A stretch of 64,000 nt of DNA from Octopus sinensis (taxonomy: Eukaryota). The first letter of the stretch is position 1. Each line of letters opens with the position of its first letter. The notes under the pieces were generated by a model that had not been told where the DNA came from, made no database searches, and saw only the letters and a program-made list of their open reading frames with translations. The DNA lies in contig NC_043022.1 in NCBI RefSeq assembly GCF_006345805.1, positions 22,382,001 through 22,446,000 of the forward strand, given 5' to 3'. The position numbers and the translations under genes were made by a program. Positions 49,401-61,400 of the stretch are shown in pieces.

Positions 49401-52400
49401 CTCAGAAAAAAAAAATATCTATAAATATAAAATGTTGATGATAATTTCTATTTATCCCTACAGGAATCAGCACTAGTGTTGCTCCGATGTATCTGAATGA
49501 GATTGCTCCAGTCCACCTACGAGGTTTCATCTCCACAATCAATCAGAGTGCCATTTTGTTAGGGGTTATCATGGCACAGATAGTGGGTCTGCATAGTGTT
49601 TGGGGCAAGGAGGAGATATGGCCCCTCATTTTTGGTATGTACACTCTCAACCATTTTTTACTTATTGACTCCTTGATTTCTGTCTTTCTCGGGTGGACCA
49701 ACCTATCCATTCAATGTTTAAAAAATCCTATTATATTTTTATAATGAAATATTATTAGGAATTGTATAAAAATAATTATTAAAATATTTTGTGTATTATA
49801 GAAGTATAAGCAATCTATTGCACATAAATTTTAATAACAAAATCTTATATAGACTCTGATTGAGAACCACTGATCTAAATAATTATCCATCCATCCATCT
49901 TCTCTGCCCACTATTTCTTGGAGGGTCATGGTGTGGTTGCAGTTGAGTCCTAAAGTGCCTTTGTAGGGTCCTATCAGAAACAATCATCATTACACTTTCC
50001 AGTTGGATTCTTAAGCAGTCATAGGGTTGTAGAATCAGGGTTTGATGTGGGGCTTAGCAATAGCAACAGCAAATGTGTTATCTATGAAGGGTCACTTAAC
50101 CTGCTAGAAATTGCAACCAAATTTTCCTCAAATTAAATCCGCAGTTTTTAGAAAAGAAAGAACACTCACAGCAAATAAAGCAGTTCTAAATTATGTTAGG
50201 GCACTCAAAACCAGAATGCTGTTGATCATAGGTTTACTCAATAAGGCTAAGTGGAAATCATCATCATCATCGTTTAGCATCCGCTTTCCATGCGTTGGAC
50301 GGTTCAACTGGGGTCTGGGAAGTAAGAAGGCTGCACCAGGCCCAGTCTGATCTGGCAGTGTTTCTACGGCTGGATGCCCTTCCTAACGCCAACCACTCCG
50401 TGAGTGTAGTGGGTGCTTTTTACGTGTCAGACGAGGCTAGCAAATGGCCACGATCGGATAGTGCTTTTTATGTGCCACCGGCACGGGGGCCAGGCGAGGC
50501 TGCCAACGGCCATGATTGGATGGTACTTTTTACGTATTCTATACTTATCTCACATACTACAATGTAACTGCCCTGTAACTGTTCTGAAAGAACCACTATA
50601 TGGCAATTCAAGTTGGTCATAAAGTTGCCAGATGTTCCTCAATTCACACACATCTTAAAACATGGGTATATTGGTTAATGTAGTTCTAGATACACTGTTT
50701 AAAGGAAAGACAGGATGATTGCAGCTAGGATACCTTTAATTATAGGTCTGTTGGATTTGGGTTGACCTAATGCTAAACAACAACTGCTCCCTGTTTTAAC
50801 TCCCACAACACAACTCCTTACAAATGTATTGCTCTTTTCTGTATGACTAATACTTGTGGGTTCATTTTGATAGCTGACCCAGCTGTGAACTTGTGGTTTA
50901 TGAAATGTGATCTATTTATGAATACATGGATTATGAAAGCCTTTTTACTTACGAATATATCTGAGTATTCGTCATTATTATCATTATCATCATCAATATT
51001 TAATGTCTGTATCCCATGCAGGCATGGATTGGATGGCTTGATAGGAACTGGCAAGGCCAGGCTGTACCAGGCATGATGGTCTGTTTGGGAATGGTTTTTA
51101 CAGTTTAATGTCCATTGTCCATGCTGGCATGGGTTGGATGGTTTGACCAGAGCTGGGGAGCCGCACCAGACTCCAGTCAGATTTGCCATGGTTTCTACAG
51201 CTGGATGCCCTTTCTAACACCAACCACTTTACAGAATGTGCTGAGTGCTTTTATGTTGCACTGCACAGGTACTTTTACAAGGCACTGCACAGGTACTTTT
51301 ACAAGGCACTGCACAGGTACTTTTACAAGGCACTGCACAAGTATTTTTACATGGCACCACACAGGCACTATTATGTTGCCCTGCACAGGTGCTTTTATGT
51401 GGCACCATATGGCCACTTATATGTGGCACCGCCATGAGTGCTTTACACCACCAGAAGGACTGGTTTTAACACTCCTGCTGTCTTCTTAATGCCAACCAGA
51501 GTGTGTTGAGTGCTTTATGTCTGACACCCTGGTTTTAGGATCTCAATTCTGTTGTGCTGGGCGGGTCTTCTTCAGTACAACAATGTGGGATGACTGAGTG
51601 AATTCATTAAGGGGCACATTTCCTATGATATTGTGCTGTGACTTTCTGTCTGTATTTGTAGACTTGTATCAAATATGAAGTATGAAACCTCAAACCATGT
51701 ACTATATCTTGTGTATTTTTTCTCTTTGTTCTAGGTCTGTCGGTGTTTCCTCTTATTATTCAGATGCTTACACTACCTTGGTGTCCTGAAAGTCCTGCTT
51801 ATCTCATAAATCGTGATGAAGATGAAGCTGAAGCAGGTACTGCCTTATTCCCTTATTCATATTTCAAGCCCTTTTACTGACAGAACTTCACTGTAGAATT
51901 TCTCAATGAGAATATTCAATGAGAATATTGTTCCCTTCCTCCCTCTACAAGGGTGGGCTGAATAGTTCCTGGCTTTTGGGGTAAAAGAAAATACAGGAGT
52001 ATCAGCTTGATTTTATTCAACATATTCCCCTCTCAGATTCCCACACTTATTGCAGCAGTCCTTCAGTTTTTCTAACCCTTGTAAAAGAACTCAGAAGGTT
52101 GGACCTCCAACCAGGCCTTTTGCAATACCCTTAAAGCCAGAAACTTTCCAGCGCCCCTTTGTACATATCAGCAAGCTACACACTGTCTGTTGTAATTCTA
52201 CATGTAATATTGTCCTCTCTTCTATATTTCAGCCTTAGTTTGGTTACGAGGAACCCATGATGTTGGCTATGAATTGGAAGAACTGAGGACTACAAAAGAG
52301 GAAGCTCGACACAAACCACAAGTATGAACTTCATACACAAATTACTACCCTTCATACTACCCTACTTCCTCCATTGAGCCCATTCTTACCCTAGTTTCCC

Positions 52401-55400
52401 TATCTACTAATGCATTCAGCCATCAGCACTTGTTTCCAGCTCCCTGCATTGGGCTGGGACATTTACCAGTCTTGTTTTTGTCTCTCTTCCACCAGTATCT
52501 CATTTATTTCACAACCAACTTCCTCTCGAAGACCAGAGCCCATAAACTCTACCAACTGTTCTCCCCCAACTCCAAACTGCTCCTGTCATACAATCCTACC
52601 CTCATCATACTTTTACCACAGTGGTGATTCTACCATCTGGCCTACAACTTCCTGAAGTTGAATGTTCAGTTCTTGATAAGGGTCTCTGTTTCATGCTCTT
52701 CACTCAATCTGTAAACAAATTCCAAAGTCAAAGAGATAGCTAACAGTTCCTGGATTGTATGAAACTATTGACCATCATTTTTTATGACAGTCCAATGGAT
52801 CTCAGAGACACCTACTTTTTAACTGATTTTGGTTGATGCCTATCACATCTGACACCCCAAGTCAGTGTAAGACTCCTGATCTGTTCATCATCATCATCAT
52901 CCTTTAACATCCATTTTCTGTGCTGGCATGGGTTGGATGATTTGACCAGATCTGACAAGCTGGAGGACTGCATCAGGTTGCTGTCTGATTGGCTTGGTTT
53001 CTATATCTGGATGCCCTTCCTAACGCCAACCACTTTACAATGTGTGCTGTGTGCTTTTCATGTGGCACTGGCACAAGTACTTTTACATGGCACCAGCATG
53101 TATATTTTTTATGTAGCATCAGCACAGGGCTCTTGCAGGCCAATAGGTGGGAGCGGTATATGCTATTGGAATGGGACGTCTTCGATTTTAAGAAGCAATT
53201 AAGACAGTGAAATGTATCCTGATTGCAACTTGTTACACTCTGCTGTCTTCAACACTGACACATCATTATCATTAAACCAGCCAAGAAAATCAGTGTGATG
53301 ATGTGGTAATTTAACCCCTGCAAAACTGAAGTGCTTTGACAACTCCTTGACCTTCTATTCAACCTCAAATTAGCAAATGGCCATGCAGTCCTCACCCCCA
53401 CCACAACCAATAACTTAAGCTCACCATACACTAACTCATCTCCTTGAGCCAACAGGAACCATGACATAGTTATCCCCATCTGCTAAAAATAGCAATCAAT
53501 TCTCCCTCAAATCACAAACCCCTAGCTTAGGCAAGGACATTTTGGATAATATGGTTCGATGTTGCAGTCACATTGAAAAAACATGAGATGGTTACTGCTG
53601 GAATGCTTGCCTGATCAAGGCTGACCTTGGGCTAAACAGTTGCTACAATTCATCTCCTTTCTCTTTCCTTTCACAGTCACCATAGACCAATTAATTGCTT
53701 TCTTTCTTATATTCATGAAGTGGCTACTTCTGATTACCCCATCGTTTCCTCATATAACTATCCCCACAAACGTATCCAAATCACATCTTAGTCCAAGATA
53801 TACTTATGTCTGAGTAAAAGACGAGATAGTCACAGCTGGATCATATTTGATCTGTTGGATCAGGACTGACCCGGAGCTAAAGAATGAGTGAGGACTTGCT
53901 CACTTCATGCTCTTGCATGGGGTCATCCCAGGTTAACTGTCCCAGGATGTCATCATGCATAGAGCTGACCTGGTCCACTAGTGCTCTCCATTGCTGGCAG
54001 TCCCGTGCCAGCCCCTCTGCATCCTCCAAGGTGATGTCAAGCCTCTGGAGATCTTCCTTAATCATTTTCCAACCATTTGGTGTGAGGCCTGCTACAAGGT
54101 TTCTTCCAGCCCACAGCTGCTGCATCAAACAAGAGAAAAGCCCTGGTAGGATGATCTAGCAGGATACAGAGGACATGTTTATACCAGTGCATGTGAGTGG
54201 AGGCACATGGCCTAGTGGTTAGAGCAGCGGACTCGCAGTCGAGGGATCACGGGTTCGAATCTCAGACCGACCAATGTGTGTGTTTACGAGCGAAACACCT
54301 AAGCTCCACACGGCTCCGGCAGAAGGTAATGGCGAACTTCTGCTGACTCTTTCGCCACAACTTTCTCTCACTCTTTCCTCCTGCATCTTGCAACTCGCCT
54401 GCGATGGACTGGCGTCCCGTCCAGGTGGGGAACCTATACGCCAAGGAAACCGGAAAACCGGCCCTTATGAGCCAGACTTGGCTCGAGAAGGAACAAACAA
54501 CAGCGCATGCGACAGATAGCTATGAGGTGGGAGGCTGCAGGCTGATGCATGCGGGCATGCAGTTCTTTGCTGGAAACACGATGGTACCAACTGATGTTCT
54601 TGATGGTTCTCAGGGCTCTATTATCGAAGCTGTCAGTCCCCTTTGCCAGGGTCTTTGAGAGGAACCACATTTCTGCTCCATAAAGGAGAATGGAGAAGAC
54701 CAATGTGTTGTAGATGTGGAGCTTTGTCTTCTGAGAGATGGAGCAGTGGCCCCAGAGAGGCTTCCATAGGGAGTACATGGTGGCCAGACTATAAGTAAGG
54801 ACACATAAAATAGTCATAGAAATATTTTTGAATGAAAAGATGCACTGGTTATGGCTGGGACAGATTTGATTGTAGGACTGCTGGATGAAGGTTGACTCGT
54901 GGCTAAACAAAGTAACACACTAGACAATGTAGTTTTACACACACCATGTCAGAATAAAAGATGAAATGGTCACAGTTGGAACAGCTTCATTCTAATAAAT
55001 AACATCATCAGCTCAAACTAATGTTACTATTGGTTACCCCCGTCAGTATCTTTCTTCTATACTATTGTCTTAATGTCTTCTACAGGTAACCTACATTGAT
55101 CTGTTTCGAATACCTTACCTCCGGAAACCTCTTCTCATCTGTGTCATGATGATGTTATCACAACAACTCTCTGGTATCAATGCTGTGAGTATATTATACT
55201 ATATTATATTCTATATTTGATAAAACTCATAAATGAAGTGTGGCTTTGTAAGTGCTAGCATGGCTGTGTAGGTAGATGTTGGCCTCCCAAGCGCATGATT
55301 CCAGGTTCATTATCACTGTGTGGCACTTTGGGCACATTAATATAATGTATATACTAATGTGTCCATCTGTTCTAATTTAAGTACATTCTATGTATTTGTG

Positions 55401-58400
55401 CAGCTGAAGATTGCTCTACATTTTAAATTGATGTAATGATCGCATTGTTCAATTAATTGGAGTTGCATGAATCAATCGTACTGCATTACCTCTGGATATC
55501 CTTGTAGCTTATCTTGATTATATATATGTGTGTGTGTGTGTGTGTTTGTGTATACATACATGTTTGTATATATACATGTTTGTGTATATATACATGTTTG
55601 TGTATATATACATGTTTCTGTGCATGTGTGTGAGAGTTGCAGTATCTGTTCTCGAAATGTTGGTGGTGGTTGTGACAGTGGTAGTCTGGTTCATAACCTC
55701 AACCATTACCTAACTTACACGCCTGTCCTTTGTTCACTGTTTCATATCATTCTTGTTGCAGGTTGTTTTCTATTCCACCAGAATATTCCAGTCAGTGAAT
55801 TTATCTGCAAAAGTGGCACAGATTGCCTCAATTTTGACTATGGTGCTCAATCTGATGGTTAATTTTGTTTCTGCTTTCCTTGTTGATCGCCTTGGTCGAA
55901 AAATCCTCCATCTAGCTGGACTCTCGGGCATGTTCTTTGCCTCCATCTTCATTGTTGTTGCTAGTGTTTTCAGGGTAAGACATGTTATTTATTCAACCTC
56001 TCTCCTTCCCTTCCCATTTAAGTGAATATCATTAGGTGATAACAAGTGAGACCTGCCCCTATTGGTTTGCTTAACTTGCTCCCTTAAATAACATTATAGC
56101 TTACCTTCCAAGAGACTACACTCCTTTAACTCTCCCCTCTAAGATCTAAGACATTAGGTCTTCACTCCTCATCAGTGTGGAGACACGTGGCCTAGGCCTA
56201 GTGGTTAGAGCAGCGGACTCGCGGTCAAGGAATCGTGGGTTTGAATCTCAGACCGGACGATGTGTGTGTTTATGAGCAAAACACCTAAGCTCCACGCAGC
56301 TCCGACAGAAGGTAATGGCGAAACTTCTGCTGATACTTTCGCCACAACTTTCTCTCACTCTTTCCTCCTGCATCTTGCAGCTCACCTGCAATGGGCCGGC
56401 GTCCCATCCAGGTGGGGAACCTAAATGCCAAGACCGCGGGAAACTGGCCCTTATGAGCCAGGCATGGCTCGAGAAGGAACAAACAACAAAAAAACTCCTC
56501 ATCACAGTTGGTCTTGGCTGAACCCTATTGTAAACGCTGATGGTGGCGGCGGTGGCTGTTGTTGTTGTTATTATCATTATTGACTTAAATAAAGGGACAC
56601 ATTAATTCTTTAGCACTTAAACTAGCCATATCCAGTACAAATTTTCTGTCCATTTTATGTTCGAACCAGCCAGATTCAGCCTCATAAGATATTATGTATG
56701 ATAAATATTAATGAAAATATCATCTAAACAATTTGCCATCTTTGTTCCTTAGGAGAAGTACAGCTGGATGTCTTATCTCACTGTTGCCTGTGTTTGTTTT
56801 TATATCATATTCTTTTCTATTGGACCAGGTAAGATGTCTTCACTTTCTACACATTTTCTGTTTTGTACTGTTCACTTATGTTGTTACATACACTCCTACC
56901 TCTTTGTACAACAGCAATACACCTGACTTCTGAGTATCATAATAATAGGACCTCTGTGTGTAACAATGATGTTACACAACTTGTGTGTGCAACATTTGAT
57001 ACACCTTGACTCTGCTTACAGCATAGGTAAATCTTGACTCTCTGTATTGCACAGATGTAACTTGACTCTGTGTGCAACACAGATAAACCTTGATTCCGTG
57101 TGCATCATGGTTGAGAAGTAGAAGAAAAGACAAGTCTGCAAATATGGTAGAAATATTTTTGAGAATAGACTAAAAGGATCTGCTGCAGTTTAGGAGGCAA
57201 GAGTTTGCAGACTGTGAAATACAGGGAGAGCATTCTTTGTGGTTTGGATGATGGCCTTGCAAGTGTTGTGGTGTTTGTGTGTGTGTGGAGAAGGATCAAA
57301 AGTCCTTCCTCAGCCATAGACTCATAAGGCCAGTTTCTTGGATTCTGTGGCATATCTATTGTTCCCCTTGATGGGATATCAGTCTATTTCTTATTTCTTT
57401 ACTGCCTACAAGGGGCTACACACGGAGGGGACAAACAAGGACAAACAAATGTATTAAGTCGATTATATCGAAAAAAAAACCCTCCCCAGTGCGTAACTGG
57501 TACTTATTTAATTGACCCCGAAAGGATGAAAGGCAAAGTCGACCTCAGCAGAATTTGAACTCGGAACGTAGCGGCAGACGAAATACTGCTAAGCATGCCA
57601 ACGTTTCTATTGCAGGATTAAGTGAAATGGAGTGACCTGAAATAAAGTGTTTTGCTCAAGGACACAACATATCATCCGGTCCAGGAATCGAAATTACAAT
57701 CTTATGGTCATGAATGCATCACCTAACAACTAATCCATACACCTCCACACACACACACACACATATACATATGTGTGCGTATACATACAGGCATGGCTGT
57801 GTGGTTAAGAAGCTAGCTTACCAGGCATATGATTTTCATGGCACCTTGAACAAGTGTCTTCCAGTATAGCCCTAGGCTGGCCAAAGTCTTGTAAGTGGAT
57901 TTGGATGTTGAAAACTAAAAGAAGTCCATCATGCATTTTTTTCTACCTATATATGTGGAGGCGCAATGGCCCAGTGGTTAGGGCAGCGGACTCGTGGTCG
58001 GAGGATTGTGGTTTTGATTCCCAGACTGTGCGTTGTGTGTGTTTATTGAGTGAAAACACCTAAAAGCTCCACGAGGCTCTGGCAGGGGGTGGCAGCAACC
58101 CGTGTTGTACTCTTTCGCCACAACTTTCTCTCACTCTCTCTTCCTGTTTCTTAAGTAACACTGCAATAGACTAGCGTCCCGTCCAGCTGGTGGAGAACAC
58201 ATACGCCACAGAAACCAGGAAACTGGGCCCATAAGCCTGGTTAGGCTTGGAAAGGGCGACATTTATCATATTACATATATATATATATACACACACACAC
58301 ATAAAACTAAAGATTACCCACCAGATTACATAGACTCATTTGTACTATGTGTGAATAAAAGGCAGGACATTTTTGATTATGGGTCTTCTGGGTCAGAACT

Positions 58401-61400
58401 GACTTCTGGCTAAGCAACAACAACTTGCTAACTTAACCTGTGCTAACATATAGTTTTGTATTGTCTTACAGGTAGCATACCATGGTTCATTGGAGCAGAA
58501 CTCTTTCTAACTGGAGCTCGGGAATATGCTATGAGTTTAGCTGTCGTTGCCAACTGGCTTGCTAACTTTGCTGTTGGCATTTGTTTCCCATTCATGGATG
58601 TAAGTATCTCCAAACTTTTGGAATCATTATCACCATTATTATCTGCATCTTTGTTATCATTACAACCATCATCAGCATTATAACAATCATCATCATCGTT
58701 TAATATCCGCTTTCCATGCTAGCATGGGTTGGACGAATTTGACTGAGGGCTGGCGAACCAGATGGCTGCGCCAGGCTCCAATCTTGATTTGGCAGTGTTT
58801 CTACAGCTGGATGCCCTTCCTAACGCCAACCACTCCGAGAGTGTAGTGGGTGCTTTTTCCGTGCCACCGGCACAGGGACCAGTCAGGTGGTACTGGCAAC
58901 GACCTCGCTCGAATCTTTTTACACATGCCACCAGCACCGGTGCCAGTAAGGCGATGTTGGTAATGATCACGCTCAAGTGGTGCCCTTTTACGTGCCACCA
59001 GCACAGAAGCAGTTGGCTGCTCTGGTGACTATCACGCTTGGATGGTGCTCTTGGCACCCTACTAGCACAGGCACAAGTGCCAGTAAGGCGACGCTGGTAA
59101 CGATCACACTCGAATGGTGCCTTTTATGTGCCACTGGAACAGAAGCCAGTTAGCCGCTCTGTCAACGATCATGCTCGTATGGTGCTCTTTGCACCCTGCT
59201 AGTACGGATGCCAGTCATCGAATGTGATTTTGATTTTGATTTCACTTGCCTCAACAGGTCTTCACAAACAGAGTTTAGTGTCCAAGGAAGGAAAAGGTAC
59301 GCATAAGCGGGCTGGTTACGCTCCTGGCACGGGCCACAGGTTATGGTCTCATTTGGTTTGCTGGGTCTTCGCAAGCACAAATATTATCATAAGCAACATC
59401 ATTACCACTACTACTAACACCATCAATATGATCATTATCATCATCAACATCACTACTATTAACATTATCATCATATGTGGTTATAGTTCTTACACACACA
59501 CACACATATATATGATTGATTCTCTTGAGAATGACAAACAGCACGGCTCCCATGACTTTCGGAAACATTTTTTCATTATAAGAGTTGCTGAAGCATGGAA
59601 CAGACTGCCAGCATCAGTTGTTAGTTGTCGGAGCACTGCATCCTTCAAAACTTCCATGCTTCCTGAGATTCGCCAACACTACACCTGATTTTCTCCCCTC
59701 CATACACACGCAAGCATGTATCTGACTCATACACTGTTCGCTTTCCAGACATTTGTACATTACTGCATATACATTATACGCACTTTTTGACAAGTTGTGG
59801 TGCACCTGAGCACTGTAGACAATAATTTCATTATTATTATTATTTTTTATAAATGGAGTGGCTGTGTGGTAAGTAGCTTGCTAACCAACCACATGGTTTC
59901 AGGGTTCAGTCCCATTGCGTGGCATCTTGGGCAAGTGTCTTTTGCTATAGCCCCGGGCCGACCAATGCCTTGTGAGTGGATTTGGTAGACGGAAACTGAA
60001 AGAAGCCTGTCGTATATATGTATATATATATGTGTGTGTGTATGTGTTTGTGTGTCTGTGTTTGTCCCTCTAGCTGGGACACCGATGCTGGTGTGTTTAC
60101 GTCCCCGTCACCTAGCGGTTCAGCAAAAGAGACCGATAGAATAAGTACTGGGCTTACAAAGAATAAGTCCCGGGGTTGATTTACTCGACTAAAGGCGGTG
60201 CTCCAGCATGGCCTCAGTCAAATGACTGAAACAAATAAAAGAGTAAAGAGCGTTCAGTAAAATAAAGCTGTAATCATGTTCTATGGACAGGTATGTGTCT
60301 CTTGAGGCCTGCAGGTGCCTTGCAAACCTTTTGGTAAATGGAACAAGTTGAGGACCCAGTTTGCTTGAATGCTTGTGGATCATTTACATGTTCTCTTTTG
60401 TGGACAGCAAGGCCTGTTTTGCTCCATGCCACAAAACCACAACGACAAGCAACTCCAACATAAAACCAAGTAATCAAATTCATAACATTGAGGTGTCGAC
60501 AAAATACCTGGCACCAATTCTGACTTCGCCTCAGTTCCAAGATTTGAGCAGAGTCGACTCCATCATCAGAACCAACTTCATGCAAGCATGCATACATCAC
60601 CACCATCATCATCATTTAACATTCGCTTTCCATGCTAGCATGGGTTGGACCATTTGACTAAGGACTTTATTTTATTTCAATGTGTTAGTCCACTTTCAGT
60701 CACAAGGGGTTGGTCAGAATCCTTCAGTACCAACGACCATCTATAACCATTATTTCTGCTTGAGTAGAATTACAGGTAAATTGAATGGTATTGGCTTAAG
60801 ATTCATCAGTTAGACATTTCATTTTCTCACCTTCAGGCTTAGTTGCAGCCATAGCTTTAATATATTTTAGTCAGTATGTTTCTGTATTATTATACTAACA
60901 ATTTTGCTGCTCCTCTACTTTCAGTATTGATAAAAAGAAGAAAAAAAAAACAACATAAATAATAGGAAAGCATGTGATTTGAACTTTGAAATCTATGTTA
61001 GTTTAATTGTGATCTATTTTAGCTTCAACAGATAGAATTGACCTAATTAGGGTAGATAATGGTTAACACTCTCAAGGACATTACATGTTTAATTGTTTGC
61101 TTGCTGCAGTCAACTGTCACTTGAAATTATTGTTGTTATTATTATTATTACTACTGAAGTCAACTTTGCTTTTCATCTTCTCAAGGTTGATAAAATAAAT
61201 ATTATTTGAGCACCATGGTTGATGTATTCGAGTTGCCCCCCATCTCCACAAAATTTCAGGCCTTGTGCCCTTAGTAGAAAGGATTATTATTATTATTATC
61301 ATTATTATTATTATATTAAAATAAGCTGTGAGTTTTCATATTATTATTACTATTATAATAATAATAATAATATGAAAACTCACAGCTTATTTTGCTGGGT

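Noticed and set aside
51115-51489. ORFs with 8-aa periodicity (GTFTRHCT / YFYKALHR) here and at 48266-48584
   Set aside because: Translations of the 24-bp tandem unit in the RTE 3' UTR; open in several frames on both strands.
16005-58262. tRNA-like sequences at SINE heads (families A, B, H)
   Set aside because: They have A/B boxes but no acceptor-stem closure and continue into SINE bodies with tails and TSDs, so they are not tRNA genes.
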